Source: Octopus vulgaris (Eukaryota). From it: 64,000 nt of DNA. Of this stretch, positions 25,960 to 40,078 are shown in pieces. The notes beneath the pieces are model-generated. The model searched no databases, had not been told where the DNA came from, and saw nothing but the letters and a program-made list of their open reading frames with translations. Each line of letters starts with the position of its first letter. Positions within the stretch are counted from its first letter, which is position 1. Location of the stretch: contig OX597820.1 of the NCBI GenBank assembly GCA_951406725.2, positions 92,628,001 through 92,692,000 of the forward strand, in the 5' to 3' direction. The translations under genes were made by a program, and so were the position numbers.

Positions 25960-27390
25960 GAAAAGGAGATAACAAAGCCAAGGCTGTGAAGAGTTTTCAG
26001 GACATTTATAAGGAAAAAGTTATAAAGTCTTACACCTGTTTCTAGGATATTATGGATATCTCTTCATCAGAGGCGATGTGAAATCGTTGAATAGTGGTAA
26101 ATATTTGAGTTCGAAATAAGGAATTATTATGGAAACGGAGGAGATAGGGAATATAGGGGGAAATAAGAGAATTTAAGTAGAAATAAAATATAAAATACTG
26201 TAGTTGCTGTTCCATTATTCAAGTAAAGTGCTGTATAAAAGTGGTAAAAATGTTCCTTGTATCTGGTATGTAAGCTCCAAGAGTAGTTCATGTTTAGTCG
26301 TTTCAAAATATGGAGCCGTGGTTTCTGTGTGGCTCATTCGAAATGGTTTTGTGGTTTGAATGGAAATTTGAGAATGTATAGGTCGCATTTTTTTTTTAAA
26401 TGGGAGGAAAAGATATATATGATTAGAATGAGGAGATAGCTCAAAATGAAAACAGGAAGAGAAAATCAGAGGTAGACAGAGATAAAAAAAGAAAAGAGAG
26501 ACAAAGAGAAAATTTTTTTTAAAGTGAAAAAGTGAAAGAAAACATGAAGAAAGGGTGAAAGAATTGAGAAAAGGAGTGTGAGTTTGTGGTGAAGATATTG
26601 TCAGGAGAGGCTGGGAGAGGAGTAGGGAAGGGGGATACGAAGATATGGGTGGGGTGATACTAAAGTGATTAGTAGTTTTAGTAGAAACATTTAAAGTGGA
26701 GGGAAGAATACAAGTATGTCAAATTTCTATAAACAGACGTATGTGATAGGTTAGTGTGATAGGTAGGAATCAGAGGGGAGGAAAGGAGGTATAACGACAT
26801 ACATACGCGAGCACACAAGTACGCCACCCAGGTCATCGATCTCGTTGGACTATACATAGTCCTCCAGCTCCAAATACATTTCCCCATCCTCAAGGGAGGC
26901 CGCCACAGAGATGACACCTTGCTACTTACCAAGAGCGTAACTAAATCCTCTTTAGAACGAACTAGAAAATATCTACACAATTTTTTCTCGATCCTAAACC
27001 TGTCTATTACGCTTGAAGATTCCCACAAATCTACTAACTTTGCAGACCTAACTTTAAACTTAGATACCTGCTAATACAAAAAACTAACCAATACCTTATC
27101 ACAAAACTAACTTATCACAAAACTAACCAATACCTTAAATATTTAAACATTCATTCAACTCACCACGAATCCACCTTTGATAATATAGCCAAGGGTATCT
27201 CGATCCGTATATCTGACTTCTCTTCCACTGAGGAAATATTCAATAACAACGCACCATATTACAACCAAGAGCTCGCTGCTAGCAGCTTCTCCCAAAATAC
27301 TAGGCTCAAGCAACATATATCTGAAATCACACCACAACGACACACTAACCATCAGAATCACAATCGACCACAAAGGCACTATGCTAGAAC
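25960..27390. mobile_element. Penelope-like relic with inverted structure (pLTR on minus 25960-26790, RT on plus 26810-27300)
   Basis: Plus: VIDLVGLYIV...GGRHRDDTLL...NFADLTLNL...PYHKTNQYLKYLNIHSTH...ISDFSSTEEIF. Minus: HHR-containing pyrimidine-rich tail. Confidence 0.8.
26027..26074 (-). ncRNA. Minimal hammerhead ribozyme in PLE pLTR
   Basis: Minus strand gcct CTGATGA aga gatat ccata atatc cta GAAAC aggt GTA agac; one mismatch in stem I. Confidence 0.7.
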
Positions 27391-27899
27391 CCTATTTTTC
27401 ATTCCTTTTCTTTTGGCTATTTGATGAAGAGTGAGGAAGGCCTTCTGTTGGAATATTCCGGTTGTGGGGTGCTTCCAGCTCTTGTGTTTCGGGAAGATTT
27501 GAACCAATAGCCGACTTCATGCGCCCAGTCTGGTTCCCCACTATGGTGCGCGACATTTGTTCACCTGGGTGACGGCCGATTTGGTGTGTATTTTGCTTTG
27601 TTATCATTGAGGCATGGCGAGCTTGGACGTTGACCTTATAGAACGGATCTGTATGTTTAGTGTTAACGTTTTGAGACAACACCGCCTCCGAGTTCTCTGA
27701 ATGAAAACATTGCTCGTAATATGGCTTCTTATGGCTAACAGATCTGTATTCGACTGCATTTCTCTTTTGTTGACAGATTTATCTCCGGGTATAGTTTCTT
27801 TGTGATGATTTCAAGCTTTCATATGTGAGTATGTGTGTCCGGTAAATTTCATTTAGTTGTGTAAACATTGGGGTGCACGTGTAGTCCTATGGGTATCAA

Positions 27900-28243
27900 A
27901 GGGGTAAAGACCCCCTTCGGTCATGAATGACCATGGGATTGCACCTAGAAAGTTACCCTCCTAGACACAAGTCCGGGCAAGGTTGTTTATGGAAGACCAG
28001 CAGTCGCCCATGCATACCGGCCTCCCCTCTCCACGCCACCAGTGTTATCCAAGGGGAAGACAAAGGTCGATACAGCTTGGCACCAGTGACGTCGCAACTC
28101 AGTTCTACAGCTGAGTGAACTGGAGCAACGTAAAATAAAGTGCTTTGCTCAAGAACACAACACGCAGCTCGGTCCGGGATTCGAGCTCACAACCTCACGA
28201 TCGTAAGCTCGACGCTCTAACCTCTGAGCCATGCGCCTTCACA
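27900..28243 (-). mobile_element. tRNA-derived SINE (family B-like head, different tail)
   Basis: Minus head GAAGGCGCATGGCTCAGAGGTTAGAGCGTCGAGCTTACGATCGTGAGGTTGTGAGCTCGAATCCCGGACC then TGTGTTCTTGAGCAA. Confidence 0.85.
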
Positions 28244-28847
28244 TTTAAAATGTATATATGTATATAGACATTCAAGTGCATGCGTAATTAATTAATTCAA
28301 ATACTTACTGTTTTGTTCTACTTATATTTTATAATTTCTAGTCTTTCCGATGATGATTTCGCTAGTGTTTTTCGCACATGTTTCACTGAAACATCGTGCA
28401 TGGGAGAAACTGTGCTTTGTATGGCAGTAAAATTTCGTCCTCTGTGATTATTTGCGTTAAAAGGCCACTTACATCAAGTCTTGCAAAGGTTCAGTATTTT
28501 CCATTCCACCGATGTTATTAGATTAGAGCCCGGTATATCACGTCTATTATTTTTTGGTTTAGGGATAATGATACTAATAACCCGGTGTTAGAACTCAATA
28601 TAGATATGCTCCAGAACGAAGAGTCAGTCGAACTTGGAGCAGGAATAAGACGTTAAAATATCAAGGGAATAGCAAATTACTTCATGAACTTCATAACCTT
28701 ACAGCCATTTCCTGCTGTAAGATGAGTACCATGCTATAGATTCATTGGAGCTTCAAAAATGAAGTGCAATTTTATCTGGGATATACATATGTACACACAC
28801 ACAGTCACACATACACACATACGCATATGCATACATATATATATATA

Positions 28848-29079
28848 CTTTATTTAAAAGCAGCAGAAAATTCAACAAAACCTGTTACTCTGAGTTTCAC
28901 GTTCCCGTTCGTCGGACAGTTTTTTTCTAGCAAAAACTGTCCGAGGAACGGGAACATGAAACTCAGAGTAACAGGTTTTGTTGAATTTTCTGCTGCTTTT
29001 AAATAAAGCATATTACTCTACCCCTGGTATTTGAGTACTCTTTTTTCCACCTTGTTTCACATTTATGTGTTTACTCCGG

Positions 29080-29080
<1 letters not shown>
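28848..29080 (+). mobile_element. Fold-back HHR element, copy 1
   Basis: 77-bp arms (28848-28924 and 28932-29008, two mismatches), 7-nt loop, 72-bp tail ending CTCCGGT-(AT)n. Confidence 0.9.
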
Positions 29081-29145
<65 letters not shown>

Positions 29146-29329
29146 CATACATGTAGCATTCATACATATATTTAAATATTTAATATAGAATTGGGAAAAT
29201 GTAACACTGCCTGCGTGATTCGAACATCGCTTCTAGTTTAAAGTGTGCAACTGAATTCATTATACCAAATATACCTCGACTTTTTACCATCCAAAAGCAC
29301 TCACATACATGCAATTCCACACCCACTCA

Positions 29330-29476
<147 letters not shown>

Positions 29477-29559
29477 GCAGAGAGAAAGAGAGGAGGATGG
29501 AGGGAGAGAGTGATCATGTTTGTTACTTTGTCTTTACGGTTACAAATTATTCATCAAAC

Positions 29560-30940
29560 ACTGACTGGTCCTTTTTAGAAAGTATTCAGGAAATTCAAAT
29601 AAATCATTTTCTTGAAAAATCACCTATTTTCTTTGAAATGTTGCTTTGCATAAACTTCAAAGTTGAAAAGCTCTTAGCATTGGTGTTGTTCCGGTAGAAG
29701 TGTTCAAATTCCAAGTATATAAAGATAAAGATCTTTCGTACGATCTTATGTGTAGTCTGCGGGAATACTATACATCTTCACAAATTTCGAGTGACGTGTT
29801 ACTGAAGGTACTGTTGAAAAGAAAACCGTGGCTTAGCATATGAGTTAATTCTCGAGACATTTTCTTCTTGGTGTTATGGAAAAAATATCAAGCAGAATTA
29901 TTTTCCATTGGCTCATTCAGCATTTTAAGTGAAATCATATTTCGTGCCCGCCGAGAGACCAATGACATATTTCCGCTGGTCAACTGATCAACAACAATTG
30001 AAATACACTGTGGAATACTGGAATATTATTGATTCATTGGAGTTTATTGAACTTAACTAAGACCTTAGTGGATTATCAAGTGTTGAGAAAATGCTTTGAC
30101 CTTCTAAGTTTATAGATATTTTCAAGCTCATTCCCAATGATATATATAAATGCGGAATTCATATCTTCGGTATTGATATAAAGTACAATCATATAACTGA
30201 TCTTATTCATTTTACAGTACACGTTACATAACCATTTTGATTCCCTCAATAACTTATGTCTAATTCTCAAGAAAACCATTTCTACACAGATGAAAATGAT
30301 GACATCGGTGCACCCAGAAACAAAGCCGTTCAAAGTCTTATGCATAAATTTCAAGAGCATTTAATAAATTAGTACTTCATCTGCCTCATCCCAGAAAAAA
30401 TTCATGGGAATTCCAGACTGAAGGTGTATGGTAAAAATATGTAAAGCATATCTGATTCTGATTTGAACTACTTTGGCTGTAATGTAATCAGGGATGCAAA
30501 TCTTGATAACGAAATTTCAAATAGAAATCATAAAACTTAGAAATCTTTTGGAAAATTATAATCTGTATTCTATCAGGAATTTTATCTTTTTACTTGTTGA
30601 TTGTGAAACATGGGTATTATATGGAAATCATGGTTAAAAGTTAAGGGTTTTTCGGAAATGTATCATCGATATATATATATATATCTTGAAAATACTACCT
30701 GGGTGGTTTTGAAATCATGAAGTTATCAATTTAGAATGCCTCTGATTATATAGCTGACTCATATAGGCAAGTCCGTACGGGATAGAAAAGAATTCCAAAG
30801 CATCAGGTCTATGGCGAATTATGTTTTGCAAAAGACCCTTTTACAACTGACACTTGAGATATAAAGACTATTTTAAATAAAACCCGTAAAAAAGTAATAT
30901 TCATTTAGGAACTAGCAAGAGAAGGACAGGTTCTTCCATA
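29560..30940 (+). mobile_element. Very old RTE/BovB-like LINE
   Basis: Remnants SSRIIFHWLIQH, DANLDNEISNRNHKT*KSFGKL and RIPKHQVYGEL; many stops. Confidence 0.55.
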
Positions 30941-30942
30941 TA

Positions 30943-32130
30943 TTAAACATTGATTACTCTCACCTGCAGCTTTTGATGTTGCTTATTGTTTCCTCTTCCG
31001 AATAGCTCTTTTGCATGACTCATGCTGAATTCTCTCCATCTCAAATAATCCCACAACATAATATAAAGTATTTTTTTTACACTTTGATCTATCAACAGCT
31101 TGTTCTTTCCAGTTATAAATAGAAATAGCACATTTGATCTTAAGTTGATATTAAGAATGTCTTTGTACCGCTGTTTAGGTTTGAGGTTTTTTTCTTGTTT
31201 CAATTTTCCATAAAATATTTGCTCTCGAATTCCGGTATTTCTCATTCGAACAAGGTGTCCACTTCCCCTTAAGACATTCCGATCGATGATAGCTTCGATC
31301 GTAGTCATTTGAGCTGCCTGTAGAACTTCGGAATCCGGAGTATGTGTAATCCACTTCATATTGAGTATGTCTTCAGCAGTGTTGATGAAGCCATTCGAGT
31401 ATCTAAACTTGGTATTTGTGGAACATTCGAATTTCACAGCCATGCAACAAACTTGACAGCACCCAAAATTTGCTGATGGATTGTCTCTGTTCCTAATCTG
31501 ATCCTGTGTTGTAAGCAAAGACTGATTCCCATATCTCCAAATGCAGTCGAATCCTTTTCCATACTTGCATCATCTGACTGAGAGCACACTTCCTAGATAA
31601 ATAACGACACTACTAGTGACTTTGACTTAACATATGCTTTTCGAAGAGCAACCTGCAACATAATTTCTGTTTTCTTCAAATTCATTTCCAAGCCAACTGA
31701 TTTGCATAATGCATTAAGGAGTGTATTCAGATCCTACAGCTTCTTCCCAGTGTAAGATAGTAAATTATAACCATTAGCATATAATAGTGCCTTGACAATT
31801 GACCCAAACACTCTGGTATCTGCGTCAAGTCTCATGGTGATGAACTTCTAGATCAGATGTAGATTCCCTTAGTCTTACTTGTGAATGCTACCATGAATAC
31901 TGATGGAAAGTAAAGAGCAAATAACGTTAGAATGATAATGCTTCCTTATTTTACTTCAAGTTCTACATGAAAATCTTCAAGTAAATTACAATTTAAGTAC
32001 ACTCTAAATTTCATGTTGTCATGCAAAAATCGTGTCGGGTCGTAAACATCTTTAACACATTCCCTAGCATTTATCTGTCAAATGTCTTGATGAGATCAAC
32101 AAAGCATTGATGCCAATCATGTGACTGTAA
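30943..32130 (-). mobile_element. RTE/BovB-like LINE relic, tail-to-tail with the preceding copy
   Basis: ILNMKWITHTPDSEVLQAAQMTTIEAII...GHLVRM...QIFYGKL...KPKQRYKD; FVDLIKTFD near 32090. Confidence 0.8.
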
Positions 32131-32242
32131 AATAAACATTTTCTGAATATGTCGTGCAGAAAATATCATATCATCACTTCCACCTTTTGCTCTAAACCGA
32201 GATCATGCAGAAAATACATACACACACAAATATGTTTATATG

Positions 32243-32333
<91 letters not shown>

Positions 32334-33944
32334 GAATTTTGAAAACGCCACTATATAAGATAAATTTTAATATTCTTAAAGATTTTATGTTTCGGTTCTT
32401 TTTGAAAAAAACGAACCTATCATAAAATATTTTTAAAAGTTACGGGTAAAAAGTCAAGGTAGAAAATGCTAAAATAATTTTATAAAAAACATTTATTATT
32501 TTAGAACCCAGATGAATTTGCAATCTACTCAAGTACGAATAATCATCATGTTTCTATTAGTTTTTGGTTCCGCACCGTTTGTCACCAATTCAAAATCAGT
32601 GATATGGATTTATACTACAACCGTTGACCATTAGCTCTGACAACAAGACGCCCGGTTTTGTATTGGCTGCATCGTTTGGAACACTCTGCAGTTGGTACAC
32701 TAAACCTGCTTCATCCACATGAAATATCCATGCTTAGCTAGTATCCATATTTTAAAACTGAAATAAAAATAAAATATGTTAGCAAAAACCTCAATTTTTA
32801 TATTTTTCCCTGGAATATCAACTTATTTAACTACGAATAAAAACAAAACAAAACAGGAAGTTAAGAAATTCCTCTCTTTGTAATTGTACAAAAATCCTGG
32901 GAATAAATAAATATATATATTTTGAATTCAGACCCTTGTGTACTTTGGGCGGTATATTTTAGGGTATATTTTTGGTTGTGGGGTTAGTTAGGGAAGATAT
33001 TGTTGGGTCCTAGCTACTGAATGTAGACTGGTTGAAAAGCGGTTTAGTGTGTTTTGTTTTTAACCTTTTTTAATTGTCTTTCTACACCCAATGGCGGCAA
33101 TAACTTAGGGGACTGCAATATTACAAAATCTACGAACAGTTTTGACTAATATTTTGCCAAAGATGGCAAAGCAACAAATATGCAAACAACAAATGATTTG
33201 CAAAACAACAGAACCAATATTAACTGGAAAAGATGGTCCCCATATATAAAGATGGCAATCTATGATCTTGTTCATGTGATTAGTAGTAAAATCTAAGTTG
33301 TTCTTTAGTTTATCTGTTTGCAATGATGTTTTTAGTCTTGTCTTTTAGAATTTGCGATGTCTATTGAAGATAAAGTATGATGTAATCAGTGACTAATGAC
33401 ACCCTAAGGTGGTGAACTGGCAGAATTGTTGGAGCATTGCATTGAATGCTATGCGGTATTTGTTTCAAATTTCTGCACTGCAAGTTCAAATCCCACCAAA
33501 GTTGCCTTTGCATTTCAACCTGAGGGAAGGGCGATAAAAGGAGGATAGGTACCAATCTAAGGCGGTGGGCCTGTGAAAATGTAGGACCAGATGCCTTGTG
33601 ATTTGTTTTGTTCAGGCTCTTCTTTTTTGAATACTAATCTATGTGTGGTAACACCCTACCACCACTTGGCACCTTGGTCGCTTTTTTTATCTTCTCAGCA
33701 GGGTTCACCCTACCAAACCTTTGGGCCACAATCTCTAGTTTAGAGGATACCTCTCTTTCCCACCAGTTCCAGAAACCCTGCAAAAGGTCATGGATACTGC
33801 CTACTCTCTTAACAAGAAAAAACTGAATTCATATTTCCAGTTTTACATTAGTTCTTGCAATAATGACATAGTTTAGTCAGCCTCTTCCTTAAATAGCTTT
33901 TCTTATTCTAAGTGTTTAGTTATTTTCATTTCAGTTATTTTCAA

Positions 33945-34641
33945 AAGATTGATGCAGACAGTGGTGGAAGCAACAATACTGACTGGGAAAGCAAGTGGTG
34001 AAGATGTTTTCATTCCAAAGATTCCCCTGATTCCTTCCGACACACAAATTGATTTCAAAAGCCTACAATTCCCACTGAGATGAAGCTTTGCAATGAGCAT
34101 CAACAAAGCACAGGGTCAGACATTGGAAGTGGTAGGCCTTAATCTTGCAGAACCTGCTTTTTCTCACAGACAGCTCTATGTTCGATGCTCTGGAGTTGGA
34201 AATCTGGAAAATTTATTCATATATGCACCCAACGGCAAAACCAAATACATTGTATATCACGAAGCCCTGCAAGACTGAAATTTCGGAACAAAATGCCTCT
34301 TCATCCGATAACCACTCTTGCCAACCTACGACAAACTCTCTCGCCAACCTCCGACAACTTCTCTTGAGAACCTCTAACAAACTCTCTCGCCAAACTCTGA
34401 CAACCTCCGATGACCTCTCTTGCCAACCTCCGACAATATTTCTCGCTAACCTCCTAAAACCTCAGTCGCCAACATCCAACAATCTCTCCTTCGCGCAGCT
34501 GATAGTTTTTTGTACATTTTCGTGACGGAAAATACACCTTTTGTGGCAGTTATAACGAAATTGGCTTTTTTATATATCAGAGTAATAAGGCGTTTCAATA
34601 GAACATCTTTACCCCTGGGAATTACAGGGTACACCAGCTAG
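33945..34641 (+). mobile_element. Helitron 3' fragment (PIF1-like helicase C-terminus, subterminal minisatellite, hairpin plus CTAG)
   Basis: EATILTGKASGEDVFIPKIPLIPSD...QFPLR*SFAMSINKAQGQTL...FSHRQLYV; hairpin CCCTG/CAGGG at 34613-34629; CTAG at 34638-34641 followed by T. Confidence 0.92.
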
Positions 34642-35218
34642 TGTGTATATATATAGATACACACGCATTTTTTTATGTATATTCGCACGTACACTGATAT
34701 ATCCAAATATCTATTCATCTGCACATCCCCATGCATACATATCACCACACATATCTTTCGTTGCGCTCATCTGCTATATACGCAACGAACACTTTGGAAT
34801 TCCTCAGATAGATCCAATGACACCTATATCAAGACTGTGAATGACATCAGGAAGCCATAGACAGCGATACTACTAGGTGTATTCACAATGTTTAAATAAT
34901 TATATATGTGAATATATAAGATGGAGGTGGAAATAGCACAGAAGTAATTCGAAGATATTTCAATTTAGAAAAAATACGAAGATTTTTAAATTATTTAAAG
35001 AAAATCTTGTGTATTACCGATTTCGATGATGAATCTCGTCAAAAACATGTCTGGATATTTTCGCTGAAGTTCCGCTTAAATATAGTTTGGTATATAGTTT
35101 AAGGTGCTAGAGAGGGGTTGTGCTGTTGTCTATTGTCTTTAAAAAAGTTTGTGGGTTCCTACCAACCGAGTGGCTTAAAAGTATTTATTGAATGGACTTT
35201 ATGTCCACCTGTGTCTGA

Positions 35219-35294
<76 letters not shown>

Positions 35295-36817
35295 TGAATG
35301 GCCTTTCAGTGTTTGGAATGGGAACAGCTATGTGTTGATGTGTGTGTGGTTGTGAATGTCTTGTTAAAGAAAAAATATAGGATTTCCCTTTTATGGTTTG
35401 ATGGGTTGTTCTTAGTGTCTCCACCTGTGTGTATGTGTGTGTTTGTGATGCTCTCATTTGCATGTACGTGTGTATGTGTGTTTGTGTGTGTATGCAGATG
35501 TGTGTGTGGGGGGGGGTTGCGATGTTGTCTTCTGTTTGTATGTATGTGCGTATGTATGTGTTTGTGTATATTTGTGTGTATGTAAAGAAGTGTGTGTGTG
35601 TTTTGCGATGTTTTCTTTTGTGCGTACGTGTGTATGTGTGTGGGTGTGTGTTTGTGTATGTCTCTATGTGTGTGTTTGTGTGTATGTGTGTGTGTTTGTG
35701 CGTAAGTACAGAGGTGTGTATATGTGTCAGATTTACATGTATGCGTCATAGTTATCGTTGTCTACAATTATTTATAAGCAAAAATCTTAATGTTTCTAAA
35801 ATCACTTTAACACATAATGATTTTAGCTATAAATTCTGTTTTGTCTAATTCATATGTCTACTACCGTTATACTGATAAATATCTCTTATTTTCAATGCAT
35901 AATATAATAAATAATTTGAAGACATTTTTTTGTTATTTGATGGGGTAGGAACGGTCACACGATTAATAAGGTTGTTTCCAGTACGTCGATCGAACCTGCT
36001 TCACAAGCACATTGACAAGTATCTTTTCCCATGAGGCCAATCATAGCTTTCTGAAGAAAGGTGTGTAAATGCAACCTCTGAGAAAATCAATTGATCAGTA
36101 CATTCCTTCTTAATTAATAGCAGGCCAATTCTCACAAAATTACATGTGATCAAATGTCTCACCCATCTTTCAGCTTTTTTTTTTCTACGTTATCATATGT
36201 TCGTTATCCAATGTGTCCCTTCGTTGTTAAACTGCTGTTTGAGAGGAATTTGTAGACTGTAGAGATACACACAACTTAGTGCCTCTTCCAAAGTAGGAGA
36301 CCTAATTCTTCACCCATTTTAATATCATTACCTTTCCTAATTGTGTAAATGTGTTCAAGATAATTCTGCATAATGAAGAGCCCTTTCTTTCTGCAAAATT
36401 ACAATTATTGATCATTTCTCCTACTTTTACCACCTCTCTCACAAACTCAAATGGAATTCTCTTGCTGTGTTATTTTCGTTTGCATTTTGATTTAAAGTTA
36501 TCTCATAAATTATTTCATCTATATATCAAATTCAGTTTTGTTTACGTTGTTTACATTTGAGCCAAGTTAGGCTTTCAGACCATATAAATAGTGCACTTGC
36601 AATATATATGTCCCACGTTCCCGCATACTTATTTTTATTAATATTTTTTTATTACAAATATTAGTTAATAGTAATTACATTAGAAGATGGATCTTATGTA
36701 TTTAAAGAGGAAAACCATTAGTTTTAAATCTCCGAGCGAAAAGTAAGTATTAACAGTAATACAGAGCAAAATCTATTTGCCAACTTAAGTTGGCAGTCCT
36801 GATTAGGATGATATTAC

Positions 36818-36860
<43 letters not shown>

Positions 36861-36863
<3 letters not shown>

Positions 36864-37278
36864 TCTCTTTTACTCTTTTACTTGTTTCAGACATTTGACT
36901 GCGGCCATGCTGGAGCACCGCCTTTAATCGAGCAACTCGACCCCAGGACTTATTCTTTTGGAAGCCCAGTACTTATTCTATCGGTCTCTTTTGTCGAACC
37001 GCTAAGTAACGGGGACATAAACACACCAGCATCGGTTGTCAAGCAATGCTAGGGGACAAACACAGACAGACAAACACACACACCCATATATATATATATA
37101 TACATATATACGACGGGCTTCTTCTTTCAGTTTCCGTCTACCAAACCTACTCACAAGGCTTTGGTCGGCCCGGCGCTATAGTAGAAGACACTTGCCCAAG
37201 GTGCCACGCAGTGGGACTGAACCCGGAACCATGTGGTTGTTAAACAAGCTACTTACCACACAGCCACTCCTGCGCCTA
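36861..37278 (-). mobile_element. SINE family A, full length
   Basis: Complete head to (TAAAAGAG)n tail on the minus strand. Confidence 0.92.
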
Positions 37279-37657
37279 TATTTTATATATTTGTATATAT
37301 CTATTTTCCTTTATTTCTACTTATATAAAAATTCTAAATATTTTGGTAAAATGAAGTCATATATTTCAAGTTCTAGCAATTATGTGTACAACAATTTTAT
37401 ATGGTATGTTTAAATACTTTAGCGATAATTTTACAAGCAACTTATCGAACAATCTCGTTCCTAATATTGGAACAAAACCAGCCATTTCAGGAATCGACAT
37501 ACGAAATAGTGTGTTGCAAGTAAAGTTTTTAAGGCGAAAAATAGCAAAGTAGTCTCCAATGGAACTTGAAATCAGAACTGAAGGGTTATGATGTAATATT
37601 GCTTCTCATTAATCTGAGTTTCTAAGAATCTTCGTATCTAGCGCTCTGTTTGTAGTA

Positions 37658-37895
37658 CAATGATCCCTCGCCATATCGCGGTTTACCTATCGCAGTTCAT
37701 CTTTCGCAGTTTATTATGTTTTTGTTGATTCTTCCGTGGTGTTGTTTTGCATTTATAATAAAATAGATATAAACAAATTATAAAAACAATTTTAAAAAAC
37801 ATACAGTACTGTTTCTACTTTGCGGATTTTCACATATCGCGTGGTGGGGTGGATGAGCTTGAAACGTAACACTCGCGATAATCGAGGGATTATTG
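37658..37895. mobile_element. Tigger/pogo-like MITE
   Basis: TIRs CAATGATCCCTCG / CGAGGGATTATTG with TA on both sides. Confidence 0.85.
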
Positions 37896-38329
37896 TATTA
37901 CGTTCTAATTCGATCCACCCAGCTCGTATTTTATGCAGGGAAATACTAGTTTCGAATGACAGAACATCCGGCTAAATTTGGCTTTGTCTTTTTCATACGT
38001 ATTCTGTTGGAAAAGATTAAATGTAAGTAACAGTTATGGTCAAGTTCCACTTCTACTAATCTTTTTATTTAGGATGCGCATAGTTTTGCAATATCACTTG
38101 TATTATCCAAAATCATCTTACACAATCTCATGCAATAAGAACTTTTAAAAACAAATATTCAATGATATTGTTGTAGAAGGAAACATATAATTCATTGTGC
38201 AAGGAGATCAATGTCATATTTGAATATCGTTAGTCTCTGTCTCTTTATTTCTCTTAATAAACACACACGCAAACACATAATCCTCATTATCATTTGGTCA
38301 TCACCTGTGTTTAATGTTTCTCTTCCCAC

Positions 38330-38377
<48 letters not shown>

Positions 38378-38605
38378 TGCTAAAACTATTATAATTATTG
38401 GCTAGTACGTTCCTAAGTATCATATTTAGAGTTCACGTTTGCTAACCAGAACTGTTTCCTGTGAATGCATTGGCAGATCCTTAGACTACAATACAAACAG
38501 CAAAGAGTGCGATAAAAAAGGTAGGTGATGAGCAGACTGGATTCTAAAGCCACATACATGTTTCCTTCTGTCATCCTGAACTATTATCAATTTGCCTGGC
38601 AATTC

Positions 38606-38759
38606 TTATTTCTTTATTGCCCACAAGGGGCTAAACACAGAGGGGACAAACAAGGACAGACAAAGGGATTAAGTCGATTACATCGACCCCAGTGCATAAC
38701 TGGTACTTAATTTATCGACCCTGAAAGGATGAAAGGCAAAGTCGACCTCGGCGGATTTT
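38606..38759 (-). mobile_element. SINE family C (Nin-like central domain), 5'-truncated, 15-bp TSD
   Basis: TSD TTTGCCTGGCAATTC at 38591-38605 and 38760-38774; body GCCTTTCATCCTTTC...GTCGATAAATTAAGTACCAG. Confidence 0.9.
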
Positions 38760-40078
38760 TTTGCCTGGCAATTCAATCATCTCCATGTAAAAATCTGTGA
38801 ATTTGATCTTATGTTTACTTCAGCTATTGCCAAATCCCCTACTAGAAATGACAGCCGAATCTCCATTTAGTCACTTTTTCTCTCAAAAAAGGAAATACTT
38901 ATTAGGTAATTCCTGATATAGAAACATACTACATTATTTTGTCTAGAATACATTTGATAGTTTTACTGAAAAACAACGATATCCACACACTATTTGTCGT
39001 AAAAATACACATCTCTCATCTCAATGTATTCAACCCCTAATATCTGCACGCTAATTCCACGCTGATTTTAACATCATTTCGAATGATGTTGTTTGATTCT
39101 TTCCCCTATCCACCTCTCTGATACGTATATCAGTAACAAAAATCTAGCAATTCCCGTCCAAAGCCTTTATCTTACATTTCTATAAATTAGTCTTAACAGA
39201 TATTCGCATTTTTTTCTCGTCCTGCATTGAGTGTATCCATCTCATTCTCGTATTTGTGAACTCAGAAACCTTGTTCACTCTAATGCACTCAACTTCACAG
39301 ATTGACAGGGCCGAATCGTTTGCGATTCTTAATTGTCAGCATCAATTAGTTTTGCGAACACTCTTTGACTTTCTCATTGAGATATTACTCGTTACAGAAA
39401 TAGTTCAAAGGTAATGGTTGCTGCTTCTAATCTTAATTAATAATTAATAACATAGGCACAACCCACAAAAGTTAATGGGATGGAACACTAAATTATTTCA
39501 ACACCATTATTTGACTATTACTTTTGCTTTATCGAGACAACAAAAGGATGAAATACTAAGTCGATATCGATGAAATCGGATCTCAGAAGTGCATCTGAAT
39601 TCAGATGTTTTACATTCAGTAATCATGGATCTCCATCTGTTTCGATGATGAGTAATCAGCTGTTCATTTAACTGAACTACCTTCTCATTAAATGTAGCGA
39701 TGATCAAGTTGCTGAACTTTCCACCGATCCGCATGCCTTTAACGTAATTCTCTTACATTGTTTAAGTTGAACCGACTCTATGGCTAAAAGCGCTTGACGA
39801 AAAACCATAACATAGAGTAGAGCTTGAATTCTTGTGAGTTCTGGGGGTAATTCTTGACACTCCTCAGCAACACCAAAAAGGCACGTACAGACTAGCTGTG
39901 CGTTAAAATATAAATAAAAACACATTCCTACTACGTTTTTCTTTCATGTACCAACTGTTCTTTTCTCCACGAAACAGACATAACTGGCTTCCTTCCGCAA
40001 TGAAAAGTATAAGATATTCAGTATACGATAAAACTGCCGTAAATTACGCTAGTGACACAGTAGACAGCTTAATTTTCA

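Noticed and set aside
27392-27830. 96-aa minus-strand ORF next to the PLE RT
   Set aside because: Only a vague resemblance to a decayed LINE ORF1; it cannot be assigned.
32560-32775. Minus-strand acceptor-like site followed by FKIWILAKHGYF
   Set aside because: All frames stop quickly, and the resemblance to a transposase motif is too short to support a call.
34300-34500. CRISPR-like repeat array
   Set aside because: Degenerate ~21-bp tandem units without unique spacers; a Helitron subterminal minisatellite in eukaryotic DNA.
37036-37413. Recurrent peptides such as RHLPKVPRSGTEPGTMWL at several loci
   Set aside because: These are antisense readings of SINE family A, not a gene family.
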